The position numbers were made by a program, and so were the translations under genes. A stretch of 64,000 bases of DNA, taken from positions 1 to 64,000 of IMG/VR virus record IMGVR_UViG_3300029286_000024. One strand, written 5' to 3'. Shown here one piece after another: positions 53,105-63,922 of this stretch. Each line of letters starts with the position of its first letter. Within the stretch, counting starts at the first letter, position 1. Origin of the DNA: a virus. The notes under the pieces are model-generated. The model was not told where the DNA came from, made no database searches, and saw only the letters and a program-made list of their open reading frames with translations.

Positions 53105-53617
53105 TTATGCGGCTGCTTCTCTAACAAAAACAACCCGCATACGGCAACGATTACATGTTCTTGTTTGCCCTTGTTGAATACGTTTATGCAGAATACTCGT
53201 CAACCTATGTACCGCACAACTACAAGAATAAATATAAGGCCGTTCCCTACGTCTCGCCAACCCTTCAATATTGTAATGATGGCAACGAGTAGCGTCTTTT
53301 ACTCCCAACTTTATCATAACCTGTTGCCACTCAAATCCATGGGGCTTAGGACGTTTCCCCGCATTAAGAACATAAGCAATCAGGTGGGCTATTTCATGGG
53401 GAACGGTTCGATTAGAAAAATCGTCCTGATGTCGGGAATAAATATCGGGATTAAATTTGAGCATCCATCTTGAGTAGCAAGCTCTTCCCGCAACGGCTCC
53501 TGACAAAGCAATAGAAACACTAGGCATGACAAACTTACGCCCATAAATTTCTGAAGCCAAGTCAATCCATGTTTTCGTACAATCGGTCAACTCTTTAAGA
53601 ACGCTTGAATAGTTCAT
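53105..53617 (-). CDS. sprT: SprT-family zinc metalloprotease
   Basis: AGRA…TVPHEIAHL…PHGFEWQQVM…RCH…YSCSC…CNRC. Confidence 0.88.
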   Translation of the reverse strand: MNYSSVLKELTDCTKTWIDLASEIYGRKFVMPSVSIALSGAVAGRACYSRWMLKFNPDIYSRHQDDFSNRTVPHEIAHLIAYVLNAGKRPKPHGFEWQQVMIKLGVKDATRCHHYNIEGLARRRERPYIYSCSCAVHRLTSILHKRIQQGQTRTCNRCRMRVVFVREAAA

Positions 53618-54118
53618 TACTTCCTCCATTGCTCGAATAAAGAAATCGAATAAAGAAATGTTTTCTTATTCCATTGTTTGAACAGAGGGTATCATAATGA
53701 GTGAGAAATGTCAAGAAGATTTTTTGAAAAGATATTTATCAAAACGAGTACCCTTTTTGCATTGCTCAAAGTCCCGATACTCGCTAAGAACTTGAAGGAA
53801 CTCGACTTGTAACAAGAGCGGCAAATGTTTTCCATCATGTCTTGCCATCTTGAGGAGGGAAGTATCCGCCCCGTTTGCTAAAATACATCCCCGGCCTGAA
53901 GATTCCGTACTAACTGTGATCTTTGTTGGTCTCATCTTTTTCTCCATGTTCTTTACAACAATCGCATTTCTTCTTATGACGATTTTTGAACCATCCATAG
54001 ACAAGCCCGAAGCCCATAAAGACAAGGGTTGTTTCGATGATACCCCCGCAAAATATACACGCTAGAATCATTATCCCTCCTTATGTTTTGCGCAGACTAC
54101 CATAATCCCATTCCAATG

Positions 54119-54481
54119 TCAATAGAAATCGGCAATATCCCCAACATAAGCCAGAATGTCTTCGTCCCCATTAGCATTAGCCATTGAAAGCCTATGTATC
54201 CCATCCAGAATTTCATACCAAGTTTCTGCATCTTTTGAATCGGTAAGGAGAATGACAGGATATTTTTTAGAGCGGTTAGGAAATTTTGGATCAGCTATGG
54301 TTCTTACTCCAATAGCCTTCAAGGAAACCTTTTGCAGCTTCCAAGTTTTAGCATGTCCGGCAAGCTCTTTAGCATCCTGATATTCCAGTAACCCATTGGC
54401 ATCCCGAAGTTTCCACGCTAGAATCTTATCAATTAGTTCTTCGGCAGTCAGTTGTTCTGGAAAAGAAATTATTTTTTTCAT
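54119..54481 (-). CDS. ParB/Srx-like domain protein
   Basis: YPVIL…YEILDGIHRL..A…G…ILAYV; start corrected. Confidence 0.7.
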   Translation of the reverse strand: MKKIISFPEQLTAEELIDKILAWKLRDANGLLEYQDAKELAGHAKTWKLQKVSLKAIGVRTIADPKFPNRSKKYPVILLTDSKDAETWYEILDGIHRLSMANANGDEDILAYVGDIADFY

Positions 54482-54522
54482 GAAGCCACGATAACATTGC
54501 TTGGGAAAAATGTCAAGGGAAA

Positions 54523-55284
54523 TTACAGACAAACGGTTATTACTTTGTCTTCCGGCCAAACTAATTCTTTCCAAACAATAACATTAGTATCATAGGCTGT
54601 TCGATACCAATAATCCCTACCATTGATTATGAGCCGCATAGTTACATTGTCCGCAGTAGGTCTATGGTTTATCCAAAGATAGTCATGGATCGCATTAGAC
54701 AAGACTGTAGTAAACATGTGCCATCGGGTAGCCATTGTTCCCAATCTATATTCAGCCTGATACCAAGCATTCCCGATTTCAAGATTCAGGAATTTTTTAG
54801 GTGTTTTTTCAAGCCAATCAAAACCAATGCCATGTTTCCCATCTCTCAAATCCGAAGCATGATAAAGCCAGTAGGGAGGATATTTTCCTGTATACTGATG
54901 GGTAATTTTAGCATGAGCTTGCTTTACTTTAACTACTGCATTGAAAGCAGGCGTCCAGATAGTATTGAATTCGAGATGATAGCGGTGAGCTATTTTTTGA
55001 CAACGAGCTTCAAGTTTAGGAATGTCTTTAAGAATAGGTGGCCAAATTTTTACAGAAATCCCATGGTTTTCCGAGTAAGAATTCTGGAACCATTTTCTTA
55101 TTTTCTTGCCATCTACATACATCCAATAATCTTCCCCAAATATGCAAGCTCCTGTGGGTGGATTTCCGTTTACTCCCAAGACAGCAAGCATGGACGTACC
55201 CAAAGGAATAGTACAAACCAATTTCCCATTTTCTCTTACTTCGCCTTTTTCGTTCCGTTCCATTACATTCTGTTCCTTTTTCAT
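54523..55284 (-). CDS. Hypothetical protein
   Basis: About 253 aa after SD GGAGG. Confidence 0.65.
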   Translation of the reverse strand: MKKEQNVMERNEKGEVRENGKLVCTIPLGTSMLAVLGVNGNPPTGACIFGEDYWMYVDGKKIRKWFQNSYSENHGISVKIWPPILKDIPKLEARCQKIAHRYHLEFNTIWTPAFNAVVKVKQAHAKITHQYTGKYPPYWLYHASDLRDGKHGIGFDWLEKTPKKFLNLEIGNAWYQAEYRLGTMATRWHMFTTVLSNAIHDYLWINHRPTADNVTMRLIINGRDYWYRTAYDTNVIVWKELVWPEDKVITVCL

Positions 55285-56123
55285 ATCATTCCTCCAATTC
55301 AACGATGCAATCTCCTGTTTCCTTATTCAATTCAATCAGGGTTCCAATTCCAAGAGGGGAGATAACTTTGTCTCCTACATCAAATGTGCATTTAACAGGC
55401 GCATTACGTGTATGAGTAAGTTGGAACGTGGTGGCTGTTATTTTCTGTTTCATTTAGCTCATATAGGCTTCGGGACTATCCAAGGTTTCATAGCCCAACT
55501 TTCTTGCTTCCCGAATGAGCTTGGCATAGAATTTCTTGGCTTTCGTTTTTCCCATCTGATGATATTCCCCATAAGTCGGCCATTTGGTGCCTGTCAACTT
55601 TACAGAAATAGTTTCAACAACTTGCTCTCTGGTTACAGTATCGCATCCATATGCATCAATACTTTCTGCAACTTCGAGCATAAGACTTTTATTTGGTGCT
55701 AGGACTTTCTTCATTTGACGAGGGGTAAGGGAAATCTGATACCATTCCTTAATATCCTTACAAAGCCATCGCCATTCTTGCTCAGTCAATTTGATTTTTA
55801 TGATTGCCATTTTCTTCTCCTTATTTGCGCATACTATACATCATTCCGTGGGTAAAGTCAAGCATTATTTTTTTCTTTCCCATATATTCTTGCCCCAGTA
55901 TTTAGGTTCAAGAATATGTGTTGAAAATAGCCTTTTGGCAGAAGTTAAAGAATTGGAATAGTCAACCTTACCAGCGTTTCTTGTTTCAACACTTAAGACC
56001 CATTTATCAAACAATTTTTCGTAATGAATACTTGCGCTTTTAACATAACTTCGAGGGTTTTTAAGAACATAGCTCATGCGTACACCTTATCGCATTCCGT
56101 GGGTAAAGTCAAGCATTATTTAT

Positions 56124-56199
56124 TGGTGGTCAAAGCGGGACTCGAACCCACACAAACTTGATTTAGAGTCAAGCGCATTAACCCTTCTGCCATTTGACC
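56124..56199 (-). tRNA. Amber-suppressor tRNA (anticodon CUA)
   Basis: GGTCAAA TG GCAGAAGGGTTAATGC G CTTGA CTCTAAA TCAAG TTTGT GTGGG TTCGAGT CCCGC TTTGACC A CCA; perfect acceptor and anticodon stems, encoded CCA. Confidence 0.9.
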
Positions 56200-56368
56200 T
56201 ATTGATTGTTTCAGAGGCTATCAAGCATCTCTTTTGCCAGACGAATATCCTTATAGGTAAGTCCATAACCAAAATTTTTCGAGTCAACTTCTTTTTGGTT
56301 TTCGGGAGAGCCATCATACTCTAGAGCAATCCATCTCCATAACTGTCTGATAATATGTTCAATAGTGC

Positions 56369-56650
56369 TCATGGCTTCTCCAAAATCGGCTGCTTCGGCG
56401 GAATCGTTGAATCAAATAAACAGTTCTTGTAAGTGATAATACCACCATCATTTACCTGCACTTCCCAAATGCTTCCGTCAGAACACTTTACAATAAACAT
56501 TTGGGTCAATGAAGTTGATTTAACAAAGGCTACATCGTTAGTAAAAGAAAGTCGTATTGTTTCTATTTTTTCAGGTTGATTATAGCATCCCGCAGAAATA
56601 GCAACAAACGCCATTAGCCATAGACAGATTTTGGTTTTATGTCCATTCAT
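56369..56650 (-). CDS. Putative lipoprotein
   Basis: Hydrophobic leader with lipobox-like ISAGC. Confidence 0.55.
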   Translation of the reverse strand: MNGHKTKICLWLMAFVAISAGCYNQPEKIETIRLSFTNDVAFVKSTSLTQMFIVKCSDGSIWEVQVNDGGIITYKNCLFDSTIPPKQPILEKP

Positions 56651-58108
56651 ATTTTTCTTTATGGGGTTGTTACAAAGACAGTAATGGTTGTTTCATTAGT
56701 AAGAGAATTAAGAGAATAGTCATAAAGTACCGATTCAACTCTGTAAGATACGTCAGTAGTTTGACCAATAATCCTTTCTCCAATGCGAGGGATATGTTGT
56801 GGGTTAATGACAAAGAGTATGGTTGTTCTGCCATCTTGCGTAACTAGCATTTTTGTGATCATTCGTCACCTCTCGCAATTTTGAAACTTTCTAACACATT
56901 ATGTCTTCGCAGCAATTCCTTTTCAAAAAGAGAGAAAGCCGGATCAAGGCAGCTTGCAACATTAAGTAGCTCTTCGTAAAAATTCAGAAGCTCCTTAAGT
57001 TCTTCGTCAGTTAAGACAATACCCTTTAGGAATTTCTCATTGGCCGATATGATCATTTATCTCCTTACTTTTCATACGCATATCATAACTTATTTTGGGG
57101 GTAATGTCAAGGCTTTATTTTGTTTTTCTTCGGCTATCTTTAGTTGTGTCCGGATATACCAAATCATTGCCTCAAACCAAAACGTATAAAGAAACTTGGT
57201 CTGCTCATCCGGAATTTCTTCATAAAGCCCAAAATCGAAACAAGGGCCGGGAGTTTCTACATGATGATGATAATACTCTACCCTTTCTAAATACCAAGCA
57301 ATTTCCTTGCGGATCTCAGAATCGCTGGTATCCAGAAAAGCTCGATCTGTTTTGTTCAGGCTTGCTAAAACAGGACTATCTATGTTAAAGTTTTCCACGC
57401 CAGATTATCCAATAAATAAATGGGGGTTGATCTACGTCATACAGGGAATAAATTCCTCTGCGCCGTGTAGTCTAAGCCCCCTTGATTTTCTTTTCAACTT
57501 TCCATCTCTGAAGCAATCCCCTAGCTTCATTAACCAAATCCTTATGCTCAGGAGAATTACCCAATACCTTAATCACCTTGAAACAGAAAATCAAACAGCG
57601 GCCCAAAAGCCATCCTAGGGAAGCTTGTTTCATTTCGGAAGGTTCTGTTTTGGTAAGCATCAATCCTCTTCAAACTCTGTTTCTGCTTCGGTTCCGCAAG
57701 TAGCACAAGTCCAAATGTTCCCCATGGTTGGCTTATGAGTTACTTCCAAACATTCCCCACCCTTCGTAATCCTAATAAATTCGCCGTGTTCATCAACAAC
57801 CCATTCTTGCATGATATGGGCAACAGTAATGAACCTCTTATGCTTCCTGTTTTTGGGACAAATTGCTTTCATTATTTCTCCTATTCTGGTATAACAACAG
57901 CCGTATCAATTATGTCCCCACAAGCAGGACAAGCAATCTTGAAATCCCCTACCTGATCAAGATAGGTTACATCAATCCCCATGTGGTATCCGCAATTGCA
58001 TTCTACCACTTCCAACTGAACTTGACTGTTTTCTAAACTTTGAAGTCTTTTCATTCTTCTCCTATTGTTTACGCATACTATACATCATTCAGTGGGTAAA
58101 GTCAAGTA

Positions 58109-58540
58109 TTATTTATCCTTTTCTTCTCGACAACGAATTACTGTAGCTTGCTTTTCCCGAACATTCTGCATCTCATTGGTATCGCCTGCTTGATATGCCT
58201 TCTGATATTCTGCGGCGAGTTCCTTATCTTCTGCTAGTCTTTCTGATTTCTTGGTGCAACCCTCTTCCCATGAAATCAATATTCCGCCAATAAATACAAT
58301 AGCCCAACCAACAGTAAACTTTGTCAACCAAGGACTAGGTACACCCATTTCATTCCCGTATTGAATTATCATTACCATAATCGCAAAAATAAATACAATA
58401 AGGAATCCTCCATCCTGAAAATGTTCCCAAATCATACCTCCCGCAAATCCCCAAGCCAAAGTGCGAATAGAAGTACTCCCGAAAATAATACCTAGGATGA
58501 CAACTGCCCAAATGATTAGAAGTGGCAATAGTTCAGTCAT
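58109..58540 (-). CDS. Membrane protein
   Basis: Three to four hydrophobic segments. Confidence 0.7.
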   Translation of the reverse strand: MTELLPLLIIWAVVILGIIFGSTSIRTLAWGFAGGMIWEHFQDGGFLIVFIFAIMVMIIQYGNEMGVPSPWLTKFTVGWAIVFIGGILISWEEGCTKKSERLAEDKELAAEYQKAYQAGDTNEMQNVREKQATVIRCREEKDK

Positions 58541-59469
58541 GTTATTTCTCTACAATTTCAAAGAGGTTTTTCTTCAATCCGAAAACGCAAGAGCCATTAC
58601 CAAATTGAAAGTTGACATATTCCCCTTCGTCATTGAATATATCCCCTTCAACAATGTCCCCCTTATAGAAAGTTTCATCCGATCTTTCCACAATGACATC
58701 TCTAATCTCATCGAAGTTTGCAACAACTTCCATGGAACAGTCTTCTAGGAATTTGATTTTCATAACGTCATCCTATCACAAAGAATGAGAAATGTCAAGG
58801 AAGATATTTGATCTGCCTGCGAACAATATCTTTTTCCCCCTTAAATTGAACATCGCAATCCAAGATTCCATCCCTTTTGCTATGAATCTTGATTACTTTG
58901 GCAATTCCCTCATGCTTGTGTTGGGTTAGTACATCCTCAAAGACTTCAACGCAAGCTCCTACGATAGGTTTCCATGCAGGAATGTCGCCGGTCTTTTCAA
59001 ATACATCAAGAATATTTTTCTTCATTTAGCCTTTCAATAGATATTCGAGTTTAGTCATGGAAATGCGCATACCCTCTTCCATATCAGAAACAACGTCCAT
59101 GGGAATTTTTTATGCCAGTATCTAAACTGCTCTGCACAATTCCATGATGAACCCTAGTAGCATCAAGAACTTCCTGAACGACCCGCTTGGTTTCCTGTTC
59201 TTTGGCGTATGCTTTTCGAGCCGCTTCTTTGCCACCCTTATCCATAAAGCTCCTTATGTCTCTTTTTGGTGTTTTTCTTAAAAGTAACTGTCCATACGCC
59301 TGACATAAGACGAGAAGCCGTAAGATGTCGAATAGGTTTCCCTTGAATAACTTTGTTATATTCCACGTCAGACATATTTAGGGAATACGAATTTCTGTAA
59401 TTCTTCCCGCCATTAGTTAAAGTTACTTTGCTTCCCAGTTCCATATTACTCCTTTATCCCAGAAATGTC

Positions 59470-59620
59470 ATCTCTCGTAGAATTCGCCCTTTTTACTCAG
59501 AGGGAACTTTGGTCAAGCCCGAACCCTACGAAAGTTGCTTCCCACCTACTTAGCCGACCCGGTTCAGCGGGAGTGGTTAGCCTCAACTACTTAGGACTGA
59601 ACTCCCTTTCGTCTCTTATT
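59470..59620 (-). ncRNA. Candidate structured RNA (leader or sRNA) occupying a cassette slot
   Basis: About 170 nt without an ORF between the promoter (59630-59658) and the gene at 59444; 15-bp stem CTTTCGTAGGGTTCG/CGAATTCTACGAGAG enclosing two small hairpins. Confidence 0.5.
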
Positions 59621-59953
59621 GTTACGCACATCATAACAGAAATGATGGTAAATGTCAAGTCTTTTTTTCTCTTTTCCATCCACCCAGCTCTTTAGCAATC
59701 TTTTCAAGAATCTTTTTCCATTCTGTTTCTGATTTCACATTCCTTATAAGAGGATCAAGAACAACATCGGCATCAACCCCCTTATGCCCTTGTTTTGTAT
59801 TCTGAGAAAGAAAGCAAGCCATTTGATAACTGACGCAAGTTAAATAGTCGGCTCGATCCGTCTTACTATTCGGCCATGCATCACCATCATCAATATGTTC
59901 CTGCGCATAATGACATGCCTTTGCCATCATTGTAACCAATTTCATGTTTCCTC

Positions 59954-60418
59954 CTAGTCCATTACATCTTCATCTCGATAAGAACATTGATTGCATTTGT
60001 AAGTAATGAGAGCGCATTCAGGCCCCATCATTTTGCTCTTACGGGTAATGGAATCTAGAGCTTGACATTGCGGACAAAAACGATTAGCTAAATAATTATC
60101 ATGGTAATTTTTATCACTGATTTTACCAATAACACAATTGGCTTGGTAAATCAACTTACCCTTAACATCCATTGCCGCCAAAGTAAATCCAACGAAAGGA
60201 CTTATTCCTTTAGGTTCAAATTTGTCTCGAAGAGGCTTTTCAAACTTGAAGTAAGCAACGGTAGCAACACCTAACTGCTTATGATCGTAAGTCTTGACAT
60301 CAACAGAATGAGAATCCCCTACAAGAATACAACCCCGATTTTTCCAGTCCTTATTGGGAGCATCACGAATTGCTTTCTTAGCCAACTTCAACATGGTTTC
60401 TGCGTTAATCAATAGCAT
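59954..60418 (-). CDS. Hypothetical protein with C-terminal Zn ribbon
   Basis: CPQC…CNQC; start corrected. Confidence 0.65.
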   Translation of the reverse strand: MLLINAETMLKLAKKAIRDAPNKDWKNRGCILVGDSHSVDVKTYDHKQLGVATVAYFKFEKPLRDKFEPKGISPFVGFTLAAMDVKGKLIYQANCVIGKISDKNYHDNYLANRFCPQCQALDSITRKSKMMGPECALITYKCNQCSYRDEDVMD

Positions 60419-62231
60419 GTTTTTCTCCTTATTGTTGCGCAGATTACCACAAGTATCAGGGAATGTCAAGGATTATCTTACAGGCTCTAATACGTTGAAA
60501 AATTCAGAACCACCACTTGTCCAGAAATAGATACTAAGTCCATGAGCGGTAAAATGATTGTAGTCATCCCTTTGCCCATTAAACGTAAAAATGGTATCTT
60601 TAGGAAATGTCACGCCACATTCATCATCATGGCCTGCTACCGTAGCCTCTTCCGTAAGTATGTAATGACTACCCACAATTAAATCTGCTTCTTTCATTTT
60701 TTCTCCTTATTGTTATGCGCATCATATCATTACGTAGAGGAAATGTCAAGCTAAATCCCATAGCTCTTTGTAATCTCGCAAAACCAATTTCCGACAATCA
60801 GGTGGAAGAGAAGAGAAAGAAATTCTTGTTCCTAAATGATTTTTTCTTCCGATAGCAGGAGGCCAACAATACTTCCCATTCTTGCCTATCGTATCTATAA
60901 TCCTGTTGTGCTCCCCATGTAATCCTATGCCCTGTGGATGAAAAGGCGAACCTGACATGGCAAGATAGGGGTGATAGGTAAACTGACTAGCTTGGTGACA
61001 GTTATTAAAATTCCCCGAAAAAACAACAGTATATCTGTCAGAACTTCCATTAACAGCATCTATCCCCCCGTTATCATAGCATCTCACGTATTTCGGAATG
61101 CCCAATGGAAGCAAACTTTTTTGTCTAGCTTTTTGTCGCTTGGTCATTTACCCTCAATGATTTGTGCCGAATAACCGTTAGCTTCAAATAGTTTCCCCGT
61201 AATATGCTCCCTAACTTCTTTGGCAGGCATATCTGGCTCATTCTCCAGAATTACAGCGTACCAATGAATTTCCGCTATCTCTTTCCCTTTCTTGGTATTC
61301 GGGAAAGAAGTAGTACCCAGAACCTTACCGTCTGCCATCTCAACTACATTGACTGTCTTAACTGATTTCATGTTTTTTCTCCTTGTTAATATTGTTGACC
61401 CTATCACAATCCAAAAGAAATGTCAAGAGTTCGTTGCAATTTTGAATCTCTTGGGAACATGTAACCCGCAACGAAAAGCACCATCAACGAAATAAGTAGC
61501 AGGCCTGTCGCAAGAGTAAAGATTAGAACAACCGTCATAGGGCACCTTTTTTTCGCACTGGTTATTTTCCCATTCTTTACGTGTAACCCTACGAAGACCT
61601 TTTTTAATCTTAATCATGTTCCTTCCTCAATTCTTTCGGCTCCACCCCAAATATATTTTCTTTCTGCCGCTATCTCTTTCCCCGTTTTAATACACATAGA
61701 CCTTATTTTTTTCAACAATAGCGCAAGAGGATCATTCAGCATTAAGGTTTGATAAGAGTCGTTAGGATGATTCCCTGAAAAATAAAGAACACAACCATTG
61801 TCAAGCATAATCGTATACCCATAACGATTATATTCCCCTATGACATTACGCTTTTTCATTTTCATATACGCATCATATCATTACGTGGAGGAAATGTCAA
61901 GGCTTTAATTTAGGAAACTCAGGCAATTCAAATTTCGCAAAATGAGCCTCTTCTAATTCTTTCTCGTACATAAATTGACCATCAGCAGCATGAATAAGAC
62001 CATTAGCGCACTTGTAAACCCTAACAATCATCCATTCAGGCTTGTTCTTAGTAATACTGGTCATCTTCCCATAACGATAACCATAGAACCAATAGTTACC
62101 TACTTTGTTCGGGAATTTAGTTGTCCATTTCACTTTCATATACGCATCCTATCATTATGTATGAGAAATGTCAAGAATAAAAAAGATATTTGTTTGAAGG
62201 AAATTCTCAAGAAATATAGAAATAACTATAT

Positions 62232-62393
62232 ATGAAAACACATCAAAAAAATAAACGAGACGGGTTCTATATGGCGATTATTCCAGAAGAACGAAAGATG
62301 ATTGATAGGCTACAGGAGCAGGCAATTAATGTTTCCCAAGCATTCAAGCTGTTCCTTAAACAAATGCTTGAAAGGATTGAAAAGCATGAATAA
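62232..62393 (+). CDS. Small ribbon-helix-helix-like protein (53 aa)
   Basis: MKTHQKNKRDGFYMAIIPEERKMIDRLQEQAINVSQAFKLFLKQMLERIEKHE*; INVSQAF..FL resembles RHH helix B; overlaps the endonuclease start. Confidence 0.55.
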   Translation: MKTHQKNKRDGFYMAIIPEERKMIDRLQEQAINVSQAFKLFLKQMLERIEKHE

Positions 62394-63216
62394 ATGTGGA
62401 ATTTACTGTATAAGAAATTTGACCAATGATAAGAGGTATATCGGTAGTACAAGTAATATGGAAAGGCGATGGAGTCAACATAGAAGACTCCTTAAAAGAA
62501 ATTTACATGAAAATCCTATTCTCCAATTTTCTTACAATAAACACGGAGAAAATAATTTTATTTATGAACTCCTAGAATTATGTAGCGAATCAAATCTCAT
62601 AGAAATCGAAGATAAATATATTAGACTTTTTGACACCATGAATAGAAATCATGGCTACAATTTTGATCTTCCTAGCCGACCTAACCAAAGCCCAGAAGCA
62701 AACGAGAAAAGAAGGCTTGCTATGACTGGAAGAAAAATGAGCGAAAAACAAAGAATTCAAATGAGTATAGACAGAACAGGGAAAAAACATACTCCTGAAC
62801 ATAAAGCCGCAACAAAACTAGCTATACAAAACAGAACCCAAGAAGAGAAAGAGGCAATCTATAAAAAAATATCAGAAGCCAATAAGGGTAAAATAATGAG
62901 CCAAGAAGCTAGACGGAAAATAGGGTTAGCTCATTTGGGAACAAAATATTCAGAAGAGAGCAAAACAAAAATGTCTGAAGCTCATAAGGGGAGTAAGAAT
63001 CCCAACTATGGTAGAACAGGAGAACATCATTGGCATTATGGGAAACATTTTTCTAGTGAAACAAAAGAAAAAATGCGTTTGGCACATAGCGGTAGTAACA
63101 ATCACAACTATGGCAAACCCATGTCCGAAGAGCAAAAACAAAAAATAAGCGAAACGAAGAAGAGACAATATCAAGAGAAATTACTTCTAAAATTTAATGT
63201 CAATGTCGAAGTATAA
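62386..63216 (+). CDS. Free-standing GIY-YIG homing endonuclease with NUMOD3 repeats
   Basis: CGIYCIRN…RYIGST…RRWSQH…E…GYN; repeats SEESKTKMSEAHKG, SSETKEKMRLAHSG, SEEQKQKISE; start ATG 62386. Confidence 0.9.
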   Translation: MNKCGIYCIRNLTNDKRYIGSTSNMERRWSQHRRLLKRNLHENPILQFSYNKHGENNFIYELLELCSESNLIEIEDKYIRLFDTMNRNHGYNFDLPSRPNQSPEANEKRRLAMTGRKMSEKQRIQMSIDRTGKKHTPEHKAATKLAIQNRTQEEKEAIYKKISEANKGKIMSQEARRKIGLAHLGTKYSEESKTKMSEAHKGSKNPNYGRTGEHHWHYGKHFSSETKEKMRLAHSGSNNHNYGKPMSEEQKQKISETKKRQYQEKLLLKFNVNVEV

Positions 63217-63922
63217 CCATTTTGCTTCCCCTTACTTGACAACGATTACATACCCTACAGTCCCCTTTGCAAACCCCGTATCCTTTTGGCCTATCCTTCT
63301 TATCCTCAATCATCAGGAAAATGTTAGGAATACCCTCTTTCTGAAAACCCGAACCAGAAACAATTAAGTGGCGAACATTTTTGAAATTCAAATCTTTCCT
63401 AGCAGAATAACAGTAGGTTTTTACATTGAAACGATTTAACAACCGTGCAACTTTTTCAACCTTATCTAAGTCGTTCTGATTATGAAAATCTCCGCTTTCA
63501 TTGAACCGCAAAGAAGTCCATGGATTGTTTCTTGTTGAATTTATCAAAAGAAATTGCGTAACAAATTCTTCTGCCGTTATGGTTTCCCAATACTTTTTTT
63601 GAGCATCCCGATAAGGTTGAACAAAAGGACGAGAAGAATTTTCAGAACGTTTCGCATAACAAACGTGCGTCCCCGCTTTCTTCCCCTTTTTCAAAATAGC
63701 CTGACAAAATCCCAACTTAAATGAAGGACAGGAATGAGCACTAGAAAGGTTATAGATAGCTGTTGAAGTAGGAAGTTTATAGTTGCCAGAACCCAGTAAA
63801 GAATAGAGCTTGCAAAAATCTCTAATCTTTCCCCCTTCGATCATTACATTGGCAAAACGTTTAAGGGGAACGTTAGCCGCTATTCTAGACAAAGGGATTT
63901 TTTCTACTTGAATTTCCTGCAT
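63200..63922 (-). CDS. Phage gp88-like protein
   Basis: GNYKL…SCP…C…CYA…RFNESGDF…Y.YSAR…CKGDCRVCNRC. Confidence 0.72.
   Translation of the reverse strand: MQEIQVEKIPLSRIAANVPLKRFANVMIEGGKIRDFCKLYSLLGSGNYKLPTSTAIYNLSSAHSCPSFKLGFCQAILKKGKKAGTHVCYAKRSENSSRPFVQPYRDAQKKYWETITAEEFVTQFLLINSTRNNPWTSLRFNESGDFHNQNDLDKVEKVARLLNRFNVKTYCYSARKDLNFKNVRHLIVSGSGFQKEGIPNIFLMIEDKKDRPKGYGVCKGDCRVCNRCQVRGSKMVILRH

Noticed and set aside
59470-59620. Assignment to hammerhead or HDV-like/theta ribozyme
   Set aside because: No CUGAUGA core, and the P4/J4-2 and L3 features of HDV-like folds are not evident; kept as an unclassified structured RNA.
38376-60469. ORF-track N-termini such as MTFFPLCGNL, MTFPIHCGNL, MTFFGDY and MTFPDTCGNL as a third peptide tag
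   Set aside because: They are translations of the promoter repeat starting at the TTG of TTGACA; real starts lie 17 codons downstream after the SD.
27620-62235. The many + strand ORFs of 60-230 aa across the cassette array
   Set aside because: They are antisense to minus-strand genes that have promoters and RBSs, and they lack their own signals or recognisable motifs.
62190-63216. Group I intron hosting the GIY-YIG gene
   Set aside because: No interrupted gene flanks it and there is no room for an intron core; it is treated as free-standing.
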